Source of the DNA: Escherichia phage PE37
DNA: 64,000 nucleotides
Strand: one strand, 5' to 3'
Sequence record: NC_054929.1
Position 1 is the first letter of the stretch; each line of letters starts with the position of its first letter. The notes under the pieces are model-generated. The model had not been told where the DNA came from. It searched no databases and saw nothing but the letters and a program-made list of their open reading frames with translations. Shown here piece after piece: positions 53,760 through 64,000 of this stretch. A program made the position numbers and the translations under genes.

Positions 53760-53990
53760 TTAAAAGCTTTCTTCTACTTCATCGTCTGAATCTTCTAATT
53801 CAGCTCTTTTTCCTGCCAAAGCATCTCTCACAGAGATGTCATCAGTATCTTTTAATTCAGTTTCTTTAACTCTTTTCTTATAATAAGCTTCAAGTTCTTC
53901 TAGACCTTCTAATGTTTGACATGATGCAATTTTACCCATAAATTCATCAATAGAAGCTTCATAAAGAAATTGTTTAAATTCTAGTAACAT
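53760..53990 (-). CDS. UvsW.1-like small acidic protein
   Basis: 76 aa from ATG 53990 with GGAG SD (track TTG at 54002); immediately downstream of uvsW. Confidence 0.6.
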   Translation of the reverse strand: MLLEFKQFLYEASIDEFMGKIASCQTLEGLEELEAYYKKRVKETELKDTDDISVRDALAGKRAELEDSDDEVEESF

Positions 53991-54001
53991 CTTTTTCTCC
54001 A

Positions 54002-54017
54002 AAGGGCCGAAGCCCTT
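54002..54017 (-). promoter_or_regulatory. intercistronic GC hairpin (UUCG loop) between uvsW stop and uvsW.1 SD
   Basis: minus-strand RNA AAGGGC-UUCG-GCCCUU then GGAG and AUG; same layout as the gene 37/38 junction. Confidence 0.5.
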
Positions 54018-55527
54018 ATAAATTAACTGTTTTCATTACGTAATTAAATTTTTCATCTGCGTAGCGCTGAATACGATCAATGCCGTGTTTTAAAAGATAG
54101 TTCAAATGAACGTATTTCTTTTTCGTATTAGCAGATTTTGGCTTGACGCCCGCGTCATCTATGAGGTCCCAGACTGTTGCGATTGTTTTAGAACCATGCT
54201 TACGTAATACACGACCGATTGTTTGTAATACAATGATTTTTGATTTAACACCGTGCGCTAAAACAACGTGATGCAGATTTTTAACTGAAATACCAGTAGA
54301 AAATACACCATAACTAGCTACTATAATTATTCCTTTACCGTTTTCAGCTAGGGTTTTCATTACGTTGCGTGTTTCGGTATCAACTTCCCCTGATACGTAA
54401 TAAACTTTATCGTATTCATTTTTAATTAAATCGAAAATAGCTTTACCGTGCGATACGTGTTTAAACATGACAAAAGCGTTTTCATCTTTTTGTGCAAGTT
54501 TAATAGCTAATTTAGCGATCCACTTATTTCTTTTACTGAGCCCAGTAATAATTTTTATTTCTTCTTGGTAAGTTTTTCCCTTTAATTTAGTAGTGAACTC
54601 ATCAGGATAGCGAAGAAAAATACTATTAATTTTTAACTCAGTTACTTGTCCATCTTCCATTAATTTAGAAGTCGTTACTGGCTTAAATATTTCACCAAAC
54701 ATTCCAACATACTGCATGATATTAGCTTTGCCATCGCGCAATGAACCGGACAAACCAAATTTAAACATACAGTTATTTAAACCTGATATGATAGATGAAA
54801 TACTTTTTCCTGTAGCAAGATGGCATTCATCATTCATCATCATTCCAAACTGTGAGAACCATTCTTTCGGTTGTTTTACTACAGTTTGCCATGTACCAAC
54901 AACGACTGGTGCATCATTTTTATATTTATCATCTTTTGATGCTCCACCACCGATTTTCTTTATCATTGCATGACTGAATAAACGATAGTCAACAAAGTCA
55001 TCAGCCATCTGAGTTGTCAGAGCAGTTGTTGGAACAATGATAAGAATTTTACCTTCATAATTTTCCAAATAATACCGCGCAAGCAAAGCTTGAATTAAAG
55101 ATTTACCAGCGGATGTTGGAAGATTAAGAATTCTACGACGATTAACTAATCCTTCGAACACTGCATCTTTTTGATACCAGTGTGGTTCAATTCTTTTATT
55201 TCCTGAATAGATTTCTAATTTAGAAAGCCATTCATCAAAATCTTTTCTTGATAATTCTTCTTTTTCGTTAATTTGTGGGTCAATCCAGGCTTTATAGCCA
55301 AAGTTATCACAGAACTTTTTAATTTGCCCGACTAAGCCGAATGGAAGAAGACGATTATAATCTAAAAGACGGATTCGTCCATCCCAGTTGCCATATCTGA
55401 AGCGAGGATTAAAACGATACCCATCAGCTTCAAAGCTAAAGAAATCACGGAGTTCATGAAATGTACTTTCTTCACAATCAATTCTCACGTGACTAAAATC
55501 ATAAAAATGTACTTTAATGTCAGTCAT
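54016..55527 (-). CDS. uvsW: DNA/RNA helicase UvsW
   Basis: 503 aa; SF2 helicase motifs; synteny. Confidence 0.9.
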   Translation of the reverse strand: MTDIKVHFYDFSHVRIDCEESTFHELRDFFSFEADGYRFNPRFRYGNWDGRIRLLDYNRLLPFGLVGQIKKFCDNFGYKAWIDPQINEKEELSRKDFDEWLSKLEIYSGNKRIEPHWYQKDAVFEGLVNRRRILNLPTSAGKSLIQALLARYYLENYEGKILIIVPTTALTTQMADDFVDYRLFSHAMIKKIGGGASKDDKYKNDAPVVVGTWQTVVKQPKEWFSQFGMMMNDECHLATGKSISSIISGLNNCMFKFGLSGSLRDGKANIMQYVGMFGEIFKPVTTSKLMEDGQVTELKINSIFLRYPDEFTTKLKGKTYQEEIKIITGLSKRNKWIAKLAIKLAQKDENAFVMFKHVSHGKAIFDLIKNEYDKVYYVSGEVDTETRNVMKTLAENGKGIIIVASYGVFSTGISVKNLHHVVLAHGVKSKIIVLQTIGRVLRKHGSKTIATVWDLIDDAGVKPKSANTKKKYVHLNYLLKHGIDRIQRYADEKFNYVMKTVNL

Positions 55528-55556
55528 GTCTAAATACCATGTAATAAATATATCTA

Positions 55557-55564
55557 TATTTATA
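55557..55564 (-). promoter_or_regulatory. late promoter (TATAAATA) for uvsW
   Basis: TATAAATA on minus strand about 30 nt upstream of uvsW ATG; uvsW is a late gene in T4. Confidence 0.6.
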
Positions 55565-55577
55565 CTGAGGAAATATT

Positions 55578-56258
55578 ATGATAGATAAAGATTATATTGC
55601 AGAGCTGAAGGCTCTTGATGATAACAAAGAAGCTAAAGCTAAATTAGCTGAATATGCTGAACAGTTTGGTATAAAGGTCAAAAAGAATAAATCTTTTGAT
55701 AATATCGTTGTTGATATTGAAGAAGCCCTCCAGAAGCTCGCTAGTGAACCTATGCCAGAGACTGATGGGTTATCTATTAAAGACTTAATTGATGCTGCTG
55801 ATGCCGCAGACGGATTAAAATATGACGATGAAGAAGTCAATCCAGAGGCAGCACTTCTGATTGATTCTCCGGTTAAATCTGACATTAAAATTGAAGTAGT
55901 AGAAACGGATAAAATTCCTGAAAATACCGATGTTTTGATTGAAGATACTCCTTTTGTTGAAGAAAAATTCGAGCAAGCTGTAGCTGAGATTATTGAATCT
56001 GAAAAGCCGTCTGTATTTACTCTTCCGGAAAACTTTAGTCCGAATCTTCAGCTGATTGGAAAAAATCCAGGATTCTGTACTGTTCCTTGGTGGATTTATC
56101 AGTGGATTGCTGAAACTCCGGATTGGAAATCTCACCCAACTAGTTTTGAACACGCGTCGGCACACCAAACTTTATTTAGCTTAATTTATTACATTAATCG
56201 CGACGGATCAGTTCTAATTCGTGAAACACGTAATTCTTCTTTCGTAACATTAAAATAA
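55578..56258 (+). CDS. inh: Inh, inhibitor of prohead protease
   Basis: 226 aa; acidic; synteny upstream of hoc. Confidence 0.75.
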   Translation: MIDKDYIAELKALDDNKEAKAKLAEYAEQFGIKVKKNKSFDNIVVDIEEALQKLASEPMPETDGLSIKDLIDAADAADGLKYDDEEVNPEAALLIDSPVKSDIKIEVVETDKIPENTDVLIEDTPFVEEKFEQAVAEIIESEKPSVFTLPENFSPNLQLIGKNPGFCTVPWWIYQWIAETPDWKSHPTSFEHASAHQTLFSLIYYINRDGSVLIRETRNSSFVTLK

Positions 56259-56267
56259 GGATAACTT

Positions 56268-57398
56268 ATGGCTTTTACAGTTGATATAACTCCTAAAACA
56301 CCTACTGGAGTTATAGATGAGACTAAGCAGTTTACTGCTACGCCCAGTGGTCAAACTGGAGATGGACCTATTACCTATGCTTGGACTGTTGATGATGCAC
56401 CGCAGGAAGAAACGTCTGCAACTTTTAGTTATGTACTAAAAGGTCCTGCTGGACAAAAGACTATTAAGGTAGTTGCAACAAATCCAGTTCCTGATTCTGA
56501 AGCTGAAACAGCTGAAATTAGTACAACTATCACAGTTCAAAATAAGACACAAACAACTACTTTAGCTGTAACTCCTGGTAGCCCTGATGCTGGAGTAATT
56601 GGAACCCCAGTTCAATTTACTGCTGCCTTAGCTTCTCAACCCGCTGGAGCGTCTGCTACGTATCAGTGGTATGTAGATGATTCACAAGTTGGTGGAGAAA
56701 CTAACTCTACATTTAGCTATACTCCAACTACAAGTGGAGTAAAAAGAATTAAATGCGTAGCTCAAGTAACAGCGACAGATTACGATACAAAAGAAGTTAC
56801 TTCTAATGAAGTATCATTAACAGTTAATAAGAAGACAATGAATCCACAGGTTACATTGACTCCTCCTTCTATTAACGTTCAGCAAGATGCTTCGGCTACA
56901 TTTACAGCTAATGTCACTGATGCTCCAGAAGAAGCGCAAATTGCGTATTCATGGAAGAAAGATTCTTCTCCTGTAGAAGGGTCAACTAATGTATATACCG
57001 TTGATACCTCATCTATTGGAAGTCAAACTATTGAAGTTACGGCAATTGTTACTGCTACTGACTATGATAGTAAAACTATTACAGCAGAAGGTCAAGTTCA
57101 AGTGACTGATAAAGTTGCTCCAGAGCCAGAAGGTGAATTGCCTTATGTTCATCCTCTTCCACATCGTACTTCAGCTTACATCTGGTGCGGTTGGTGGGTT
57201 ATGGATGAAATTCAAAAAATGACTGAAGAAGGTAAAGATTGGAAAACTGAAGATCCAGATAGTAAATACTACCTGCATCGTTACACTCTTCAGAAAATGA
57301 TGAAAGATTATCCAGAAGTTGATGTCCAAGAATCGCGTAATGGATACATCATTCATAAAACTGCTTTAGAAACTGGTATCATCTATACCTATCCATAA
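56268..57398 (+). CDS. hoc: highly immunogenic outer capsid protein Hoc
   Basis: 376 aa; three tandem Ig-like repeats plus C-terminal capsid-binding domain. Confidence 0.9.
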   Translation: MAFTVDITPKTPTGVIDETKQFTATPSGQTGDGPITYAWTVDDAPQEETSATFSYVLKGPAGQKTIKVVATNPVPDSEAETAEISTTITVQNKTQTTTLAVTPGSPDAGVIGTPVQFTAALASQPAGASATYQWYVDDSQVGGETNSTFSYTPTTSGVKRIKCVAQVTATDYDTKEVTSNEVSLTVNKKTMNPQVTLTPPSINVQQDASATFTANVTDAPEEAQIAYSWKKDSSPVEGSTNVYTVDTSSIGSQTIEVTAIVTATDYDSKTITAEGQVQVTDKVAPEPEGELPYVHPLPHRTSAYIWCGWWVMDEIQKMTEEGKDWKTEDPDSKYYLHRYTLQKMMKDYPEVDVQESRNGYIIHKTALETGIIYTYP

Positions 57399-57403
57399 TC
57401 ATA

Positions 57404-57430
57404 AGGGGCTTCGGCCCCTTTCTTCATTTT
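57404..57430 (+). terminator. intrinsic terminator after hoc
   Basis: AGGGGC-TTCG-GCCCCT followed by TTCTTCATTTT. Confidence 0.6.
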
Positions 57431-57487
57431 GAAAGCACACAAAACACACTCAGAAAATGATGTATATAATGGCACCAACTCGATAAC

Positions 57488-57703
57488 ATGAGATTGATTA
57501 TGAGAACTGAGGTTGTGGTGTTTACTCTTCATGAGTCTGGAAAGTCATTCATTGAAATTGCTCGTGAATTAAACTTACAGGCAAAAGAAGTGGCTGTATT
57601 ATGGGCTCGAGCTATGACTGCTAAGAATAAATTTGAAACTCGAGAAAAAGTTGTCTATAGAAAAAGACATATTAATAAAAAGGTGAAAAATGGAACAGTA
57701 TGA
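57488..57703 (+). CDS. hypothetical protein (71 aa), possible helix-turn-helix
   Basis: ORF with ATG; basic C-terminus. Confidence 0.45.
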   Translation: MRLIMRTEVVVFTLHESGKSFIEIARELNLQAKEVAVLWARAMTAKNKFETREKVVYRKRHINKKVKNGTV

Positions 57704-57968
57704 TCTTTATGAAAATGAATCTTTTGCTAATCAATTACGTGAAAAAGCACTTAAAAGTAAACAGTTTAAGCTAGAGTGTTTTATTAAAGATTTTTCGGAA
57801 CTTGCTAATAAAGCAGCTGAACAAGGTAAAACATATTTTAGTTATTATTGTACTGCTCGCGATAAATTGATTACTGAAGAAATTGGTGATTGGCTGAGAA
57901 AAGAAGGATTTAGCTTTAAAGTCAATAGTGATCAGCGTGATGGTGATTGGTTAGAAATTACATTTTGA
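57690..57968 (+). CDS. hypothetical protein (92 aa)
   Basis: coupled ORF upstream of rnlB. Confidence 0.5.
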   Translation: MEQYDLYENESFANQLREKALKSKQFKLECFIKDFSELANKAAEQGKTYFSYYCTARDKLITEEIGDWLRKEGFSFKVNSDQRDGDWLEITF

Positions 57969-57977
57969 GGATTAATT

Positions 57978-58982
57978 ATGTTTAAAAAGTATAGCAGTCT
58001 TGAAAATCATTACAATTCTAAATTCATTGAAAAACTTTACAGTTTAGGATTGACTGGTGGCGAATGGGTAGCTCGTGAAAAGATTCATGGCACAAATTTC
58101 TCGCTGATTATTGAGCGTGATAAAGTAACTTGTGCTAAACGCACTGGTCCTATTCTTCCTGCTGAAGATTTCTTTGGGTATGAAATTATTTTGAAGAATT
58201 ACGCTGATTCTATTAAAGCAGTACAAGATATTATGGAAACTTCGGCAGTTGTATCTTATCAAGTTTTCGGTGAATTCGCTGGACCTGGCATTCAGAAGAA
58301 TGTCGATTATGGTGATAAAGATTTTTATGTATTTGACATTATTGTTACTACCGAAAGTGGTGATGTAACTTATGTCGATGATTATATGATGGAATCATTT
58401 TGTAATACATTTAAATTTAAAATGGCTCCACTTTTGGGTCGTGGTAAATTTGAAGAACTTATTAAATTGCCAAATGATTTAGATTCTGTCGTCCAAGATT
58501 ATAATTTTACAGTAGACCATGCTGGATTAGTTGATGCAAATAAATGCGTTTGGAATGCTGAAGCAAAAGGCGAAGTATTTACCGCTGAAGGATATGTATT
58601 GAAACCTTGTTATCCTTCTTGGCTTCATAATGGAAATCGTGTAGCCATCAAATGCAAGAATTCCAAATTTAGTGAAAAGAAAAAGTCTGATAAGCCTATT
58701 AAAGCTAAAGTTGAACTATCAGAAGCTGATAACAAATTGGTGGGAATTTTAGCTTGCTACGTTACACTGAACCGAGTAAATAACGTTATTTCTAAAATTG
58801 GTGAAATTGGTCCGAAGGATTTTGGAAAGGTGATGGGACTAACTGTTCAAGATATTTTGGAAGAAACTTCTCGTGAAGGTATTACTTTAGCTCAAGCGGA
58901 TAATCCTTCTTTGATTAAGAAGGAATTAGTTAAAATGGTACAAGATGTACTTCGTCCGGCTTGGATTGAATTGGTAAGTTAA
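57978..58982 (+). CDS. rnlB: RNA ligase 2
   Basis: 334 aa; nucleotidyltransferase lysine motif KIHGTN; T4 Rnl2 length. Confidence 0.92.
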   Translation: MFKKYSSLENHYNSKFIEKLYSLGLTGGEWVAREKIHGTNFSLIIERDKVTCAKRTGPILPAEDFFGYEIILKNYADSIKAVQDIMETSAVVSYQVFGEFAGPGIQKNVDYGDKDFYVFDIIVTTESGDVTYVDDYMMESFCNTFKFKMAPLLGRGKFEELIKLPNDLDSVVQDYNFTVDHAGLVDANKCVWNAEAKGEVFTAEGYVLKPCYPSWLHNGNRVAIKCKNSKFSEKKKSDKPIKAKVELSEADNKLVGILACYVTLNRVNNVISKIGEIGPKDFGKVMGLTVQDILEETSREGITLAQADNPSLIKKELVKMVQDVLRPAWIELVS

Positions 58983-58988
58983 ATAAAA

Positions 58989-59016
58989 AGGGACCTTTCG
59001 GTCCCTTTGTTTTATT
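58989..59016. terminator. bidirectional terminator between convergent rnlB and gene 24
   Basis: AGGGACC-TTTC-GGTCCCT with T-runs on both strands. Confidence 0.6.
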
Positions 59017-60295
59017 CATCAACGATAATTTTTGGTAATTTAACACCTAATAAAACAGACAAATCTGAACGACCAGCCATTTTATCCATGTCTCCACCAT
59101 CAATTATTCTTGCTTCTTTTTCATCTTTTGCTACAGTGTAAGGATTTGCAGATAAAGCATATCTAACCAATAAACCGATAGATGGTTGTAAGCTTTCTGG
59201 ATCAACTACAACTTTAAATGCACCTACATGTTCAGGGTCATCTAAGTCAAGACCTTCTGTATACGGAGCATAGAAAATTGATCCAACAATTTCTTTTTCA
59301 CCGATATTTTCTACTACACCAACGATTACATAATCTAATGGACTGTTAGTATCGCAATAAAGCGGTAAACCATTAGCTAAGAACCCGTAGGCATTTTGTG
59401 AAAGATATTTGTCATCTTCTGGTTTATGTTTTAACCAACCTGATGCAGCAAGAATCGCAGCGGCACGAGCTGAAGCAACACAGAACGTTGCAGTATAAGT
59501 TGATTCTTTTTGGATATGCGAAACCATTTCACACACCATTCGGTATAATGAACGACCAGCTTCAGGTGCAGATGCATAACTCAAATCAATGAATCCGGTA
59601 TCAGTAATTCCTGTAACTTTATAGCGTTTTGATACTGTAATCAAAGACTGTAGAATATCTTTATTAATTTCATCTGCCATTTCAGTTGCAAGCAAATCTT
59701 CCAAGAAATTAGGAGCATCGAATCCATTTGCTTCTAAATCTTGTGCTAATTCAACTGTGATACCAGTTTTAAGTTTACGAGATTTAACCGCGGTTTGCCA
59801 TTTATTAATCTGGAATCTAGCATCAGCAATTTCGCTATCAGAGCTTTCAAATTTGCTCGTTGACGCTGCGTCAGAAAATAGACGAACCTTTAAAAGAACA
59901 ATTGCAATCTGAAGAGCTAATTCTAAATCGCTTTCTTCAATATCAGCAAATGGTGTATCTTCTAATACTTTATAAACGATATTATTATATTTGAATAAAT
60001 CGCCTTTATTGAGAGTTAATTTAGACTCTTCTGTTAATTCTGTGATTTGTTCTCGGTCTACATACCCAGCTTCGCCAGCGTAAGTAGCACCAGTTTTAAA
60101 CGTAAATTCATTATCTGGGTTAAGGTATTTGATACCATAAAAAGCAGCAACAGGTTGATTAGTTCTTTGCGTTGCTACAATGTCAGAATATATTAATTTA
60201 GTGGTAGCGCGAGTCAAAGCAACGAGATTTGGGCGACCGATTGAGTTGCTATTCGTTGTGGTTGATTCGCGCAGAAGTTCGTTGATTTTAGCCAT
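59012..60295 (-). CDS. 24: capsid vertex protein gp24
   Basis: 427 aa; paralog of gp23; synteny. Confidence 0.92.
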   Translation of the reverse strand: MAKINELLRESTTTNSNSIGRPNLVALTRATTKLIYSDIVATQRTNQPVAAFYGIKYLNPDNEFTFKTGATYAGEAGYVDREQITELTEESKLTLNKGDLFKYNNIVYKVLEDTPFADIEESDLELALQIAIVLLKVRLFSDAASTSKFESSDSEIADARFQINKWQTAVKSRKLKTGITVELAQDLEANGFDAPNFLEDLLATEMADEINKDILQSLITVSKRYKVTGITDTGFIDLSYASAPEAGRSLYRMVCEMVSHIQKESTYTATFCVASARAAAILAASGWLKHKPEDDKYLSQNAYGFLANGLPLYCDTNSPLDYVIVGVVENIGEKEIVGSIFYAPYTEGLDLDDPEHVGAFKVVVDPESLQPSIGLLVRYALSANPYTVAKDEKEARIIDGGDMDKMAGRSDLSVLLGVKLPKIIVDE

Positions 60296-60322
60296 TGCGC
60301 TTTCCTTTTGGTTTATATGATT

Positions 60323-60330
60323 TATTTATA
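60323..60330 (-). promoter_or_regulatory. late promoter (TATAAATA) for gene 24
   Basis: TATAAATA on minus strand about 28 nt upstream of gene 24 ATG. Confidence 0.6.
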
Positions 60331-60335
60331 CCATA

Positions 60336-60365
60336 AAAACAACTAAAGGGACCCGAAGGTCCCTT
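60336..60365 (-). terminator. terminator after gene 23
   Basis: minus-strand hairpin AGGGACC-UUCG-GGUCCCU followed by UUAGUUGUUUUU. Confidence 0.6.
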
Positions 60366-60378
60366 AAATCGTCAAAGA

Positions 60379-61944
60379 TTAGATACCTTTAACATATACA
60401 CGTCTAAAGTAAGCGTTTTTACCAAGGCTATTCAGAATAGAAGGCATACCGCTCTGGATGCGAGAAGCCGGAGCCTGAGCAGCGGATTCTGCAAATGGGT
60501 TGATACCGATACCGTAACGAGTTTTGAATCCCATTACCGGTTGGAAGTTCTTCGGATCGGAACCACGCAGCGGAGTCAGAGCTACATATGGAGCGTAGTA
60601 AATACCAGCATCCATTTCGTTCGGACCTTTATAACCTACAGTGAAATAATCCTGTTTAGCATACTGGTCGATATATACACGGTATTTACCACCCAGAACA
60701 CCAGCAAATACTGACTTGGTAGTATCAGTGTTAAAGCCGGTAGCCAGACCCTGTGCAGCATAAGAAATGCCGGTATCAACTGAAGCCAGAACGTTAACTA
60801 CGTTACGGGAAGCGATAATGAAGTTACCTTCACCACGACCGGTCTGACGAGCAATTTCAACTGCTTCTTTGTCAATCTGGAACAACAGAGCTTTAAAGGA
60901 TTCACCCGCCCAGCGAGCACCACGAATATCAATCGGATCCTGGAAGTCAAATACACCAGCTTTAGAACCCGGAGTCAGGGTCATACCAGATTTACCAACC
61001 TGAGCTGAGTAGTTAATCCAATCAACAACTTCACGGTTGATTTCCAGCATGATTTCGGTAGCCAGAATACCAGACAGTTCAGCATCAGCATCCATACCGT
61101 GAACAGCGCGGAGGTCTTGTGCTAATTCGATAGAGTAAGCAGCTTTCAGCTGACGAGATTTAGCTTCGATAACTTGTTTATCGATACGGAAGCCCATTTC
61201 ATTCCACGGGTTATCGGTAGAACCGTTAAAACCTTCCTGAAGTTCAGCGATAGAAGTAGCCATACCTTCAGCGATTTCTACCAGTACACCTGCTTCCATT
61301 TGTTTCTTAATTTCAGCATCTAATTTATCTGCATCAGTTGCGCTTGCACTAATTGTTACTTGAGCAGAAGCTTGCAGATACACAGTACCAGTGTCCTGGA
61401 AGAAGTGAGTATAGATATCACCTACTGTGGTTTGTGTGCTAGCAGCCAGAGCTGGGAATTTCTTAGCAGCACCCTGACCAGAGAACATTGCATCTGGACC
61501 ATACATTGGGTGGAATGCTTCTTTAGCGCCGGAAGCGATTGGATCTTTACCATATACTGCGCGCAGCGCGAATACCTGGCCAGTCGGGCTGTTCATCGGC
61601 TGAACACCGCAAATATCGAAAGCAATCAGGTTAGGAATAGCACGACGTACCATACCCATAACAGCTGGGCCAATCTGAGTTACTGCGCCAGAAGTCTGAC
61701 CCGCAGCGATGTTGGTAGCATTGTAACCGTGGTCACCACCGATTTCAGCTTCTGTTAAGAAAGAACCGAATGCCTGAGCAATTTTTTCGTCTTTATATTC
61801 CGGAGCTGTCTGGAAATCTTTTTCCTGGTTTTCAAAGATTTTAGCGATAATCGCTTGTTTGCTATTAGCAATTTCTGGTAAACCTTCACCTTCCAGTAAT
61901 GGCTTCCATTTGTTCAAAAGTTCAGCTTTAGTTTTGATAGTCAT
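60379..61944 (-). CDS. 23: major capsid protein gp23
   Basis: 521 aa; T4 gp23 length and sequence character. Confidence 0.95.
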   Translation of the reverse strand: MTIKTKAELLNKWKPLLEGEGLPEIANSKQAIIAKIFENQEKDFQTAPEYKDEKIAQAFGSFLTEAEIGGDHGYNATNIAAGQTSGAVTQIGPAVMGMVRRAIPNLIAFDICGVQPMNSPTGQVFALRAVYGKDPIASGAKEAFHPMYGPDAMFSGQGAAKKFPALAASTQTTVGDIYTHFFQDTGTVYLQASAQVTISASATDADKLDAEIKKQMEAGVLVEIAEGMATSIAELQEGFNGSTDNPWNEMGFRIDKQVIEAKSRQLKAAYSIELAQDLRAVHGMDADAELSGILATEIMLEINREVVDWINYSAQVGKSGMTLTPGSKAGVFDFQDPIDIRGARWAGESFKALLFQIDKEAVEIARQTGRGEGNFIIASRNVVNVLASVDTGISYAAQGLATGFNTDTTKSVFAGVLGGKYRVYIDQYAKQDYFTVGYKGPNEMDAGIYYAPYVALTPLRGSDPKNFQPVMGFKTRYGIGINPFAESAAQAPASRIQSGMPSILNSLGKNAYFRRVYVKGI

Positions 61945-61962
61945 TTGTGTTAACCTTTAAAA

Positions 61963-62772
61963 TTAGAAACGAGATGCGACTTTCGCATATACACTTACAA
62001 TATCTTCTGCACCTTGCGCAGATTTATCTTCTACAGCTTCAGTGACGAAATTCAGTCCGGCTGCTTCAGTATCAGGAGTATTTATATTCTCAGTAATAGT
62101 GCTTTCATCTTTATTAGATTTCTTCACCATTTCTACGATAGCACTCAATTTGCTTGAGAATGCATCTGAATAATCAATACCTTCGACCAGAGCAGAGACT
62201 TTTTCTTTTTGAGACTCAGTCAGATCTTTAGTACTTTCGCTCAATGCCACTTCACGCTGCACATAATTGATATATGCGTCACGCTTATTGAGTTCTTCGA
62301 ACAGACGAGCTGATTCTTCTTTATGTTCTTGCAGTTCTTCTTCCATTTCAGCTACAACATCAACTGATTCTTCTGGAACAACAACGTTGTGTTCAACGAA
62401 GAGCTCTTTCAATCCACCAAGCATGGATTCAAACAGTTCGGCTTTGATACCTTTATCTACTGCTAATTTATTTTCAGTGAGCCATTCTTTTGCAAGATGG
62501 TCAAGGAATTTAGAAGCTTGCTCAGCGATTTTCTTCTCAGCTTTTTCTTCTGCTTCTTCTTTATTTTTTTCTACTTCTTCTTCTGCTTTTTCAGCAATTT
62601 TAGCGATATGAGATTCAGCTAATTTAACGGCGTGCTGCTTGACGGTAGCTTCGAATACAGTGCCGAAAGTTTCTTTTGCTTCCGGAGAAATATTAACTGA
62701 TTCGAAAATACTATCAAGAGCAACGGAAGCATCAATTTTCTGCGCTTCGGCAATCAGTTGTTCTTTAAGCAT
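61963..62772 (-). CDS. 22: prohead scaffold core protein gp22
   Basis: 269 aa; Glu/Lys-rich coiled-coil scaffold; synteny. Confidence 0.92.
   Translation of the reverse strand: MLKEQLIAEAQKIDASVALDSIFESVNISPEAKETFGTVFEATVKQHAVKLAESHIAKIAEKAEEEVEKNKEEAEEKAEKKIAEQASKFLDHLAKEWLTENKLAVDKGIKAELFESMLGGLKELFVEHNVVVPEESVDVVAEMEEELQEHKEESARLFEELNKRDAYINYVQREVALSESTKDLTESQKEKVSALVEGIDYSDAFSSKLSAIVEMVKKSNKDESTITENINTPDTEAAGLNFVTEAVEDKSAQGAEDIVSVYAKVASRF
62079..62086 (-). promoter_or_regulatory. candidate late promoter (TATAAATA) for gene 23, within gene 22 coding sequence
   Basis: nearest TATAAATA upstream of gene 23, about 135 nt from its ATG. Confidence 0.45.
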
Positions 62773-62799
62773 TTTGTAGTCCTGTTGTTTAGATAATAA

Positions 62800-62807
62800 T
62801 ATTTATA
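62800..62807 (-). promoter_or_regulatory. late promoter (TATAAATA) for gene 22
   Basis: TATAAATA on minus strand about 28 nt upstream of gene 22 ATG; overlaps gene 21 stop. Confidence 0.6.
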
Positions 62808-63441
62808 ACGCTTTTTTCATGGCCTCTGCGAGAGCCATATAGGCGTCATCGGCACTTGTATCGGCTTCAGCCGTCTGTGATTCTGTAATTTCCTTAGGAG
62901 TTACCCATGCATCTGGAGCACTTGGACCCCATACTGCATCAACACCTACAGTTAATTTGAATCCTTCGTTTACGATACGATAACCTTTATTTGTGTCAGT
63001 CAATGAACCTAATCCACGAGAAGAAACTCCTGGAATCCATCCGGCACGAATATTAGCTGCTAATTTATCTCCAGGACCATGGTCACCTTCAATAACACGA
63101 GCTCGTCCGTATACGTCATTTCCTTTCCACCACATATCTTCTATAATGATAGCGGCTTGCATCGGGTCAACATTAGCGCGTGGAGGATGATTTAATTCTC
63201 CGAGAGCTTGTTTAGTTAAAACTTGCTCATTAATATAGTCTTTTACCGCTTTTTCTAATATACGTTTTGGATAAAGACGTTTATTTCTATTGACGACTTC
63301 TGCTTGCATGAATATTCCTTCGATGTATAAACCAGGTTTTAAACCTAAGTCTTTCCCATCATGGGATTCAAGCATTGGCACACCATCAATAATTTCGCCA
63401 GGTTGACCCCAAGTTTCAATTAGCAATTGGGGTTCATTCAT
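62803..63441 (-). CDS. 21: prohead core protease gp21
   Basis: 212 aa; synteny and length. Confidence 0.9.
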   Translation of the reverse strand: MNEPQLLIETWGQPGEIIDGVPMLESHDGKDLGLKPGLYIEGIFMQAEVVNRNKRLYPKRILEKAVKDYINEQVLTKQALGELNHPPRANVDPMQAAIIIEDMWWKGNDVYGRARVIEGDHGPGDKLAANIRAGWIPGVSSRGLGSLTDTNKGYRIVNEGFKLTVGVDAVWGPSAPDAWVTPKEITESQTAEADTSADDAYMALAEAMKKAL

Positions 63442-63866
63442 TAGCTTAATCCTAATGCTTTACGGCGTTTAAGAGCTTTTTTACGCTTACGCTGAGCACG
63501 AGATTGACCTGCTGGATTGGCAATCTTCGTTTTGGTAGCTTTACGAGCAATTTGTCTACGTTTTGCTTTAGACAACCCGGTAGTTTGAAATGCATTACGT
63601 TCGCGGGTTTTGCGATCTTTAGTGCGAGTAATTTCACCACGGGCAGAAACATGTTTAACAATAAATTCATTTAACGGCATATTTTCATTAATAGAAGCTA
63701 ATGCAACCGCTAAATCAGTTTCATCATCAAGCATATTCTCGATAATTTTATTTATATCGTCTTTATTTAAAGCAGAAGACAACTCGTCAAAGCGACCCTG
63801 TGCTTCAGGAATAAGTGCTTCGACATTCTCGAGAACTAATTCATGAGTTTCAGGGATTAGAATCAT
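63441..63866 (-). CDS. 68: prohead core protein gp68
   Basis: 141 aa; basic C-terminus; synteny. Confidence 0.8.
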   Translation of the reverse strand: MILIPETHELVLENVEALIPEAQGRFDELSSALNKDDINKIIENMLDDETDLAVALASINENMPLNEFIVKHVSARGEITRTKDRKTRERNAFQTTGLSKAKRRQIARKATKTKIANPAGQSRAQRKRKKALKRRKALGLS

Positions 63867-64000
63867 TATTCATCATCCTCGTCTTCGTCAGAGTCTTTGT
63901 CTTTTTGTCGTCTTTATCATCATCGCTATCTTCGTCGTCATCCTCGTCATCAGGTTCTTCACCCTCGATTAAGAAATTACGAGCGATAGTGATTTTTTCT
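63850..64000 (-). CDS. 67: prohead core protein gp67 (3' part only; N-terminus beyond window end)
   Basis: open frame to window edge ending ...[33 protein letters not shown]; acidic; synteny. Confidence 0.45.
   Translation of the reverse strand, partial: EKITIARNFLIEGEEPDDEDDDEDSDDDKDDKKTKTLTKTRMMNNDSNP

Overview
This window is a ~64 kb stretch of a T4-like (T-even, Tequatrovirus-type) myovirus genome. Gene content and order match phage T4 in inverted map orientation. Plus-strand early/middle genes (ndd-stp-ac-52-motA-arn-asiA; rnh-dsbA-33-59-segG-32-frd-td-nrdA-nrdB-denA-rnlA-alc-spanins-pseT-cd-31-rIII-30.x cluster-30-alt; 26-25-uvsY; inh-hoc-rnlB) alternate with minus-strand late structural blocks (t, 38-37-36-35-34; 54-48-29-28-27-51; uvsW; 24-23-22-21-68-67). 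Protein identifications rest on recognisable T4 protein sequences, lengths, motifs and synteny recalled from memory, not on a database search. Where the ORF track began at TTG/GTG I moved the start to the first ATG with a Shine-Dalgarno sequence. The sequence shows ten early promoters with the same GTTTAC / 18-bp spacer / -10 layout, canonical TATAAATA late promoters, MotA-box middle promoters, and many GC hairpins with UUCG, GAAA or GCAA loops. No tRNA, rRNA or CRISPR array was found, and td and nrdB are uninterrupted (no group I introns). Departures from the T4 reference that I think deserve a second look: (1) a NADAR/YbiA-family protein next to a HAD phosphatase with a His/Tyr/Pro-rich tail; (2) two full-length tandem Alt-type ADP-ribosyltransferase paralogs; (3) an extra 115-aa ORF between frd and td, which overlap directly in T4; (4) inverted repeats built into early promoters that would sequester the downstream RBS only in read-through transcripts; (5) a T2-type glycine-rich gp38 adhesin and a gp37 with a C-terminal autoproteolysis-like motif in an otherwise T4-like backbone that also carries segG. 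I did not find a clearly novel multi-gene system; these are candidate leads, not established discoveries.
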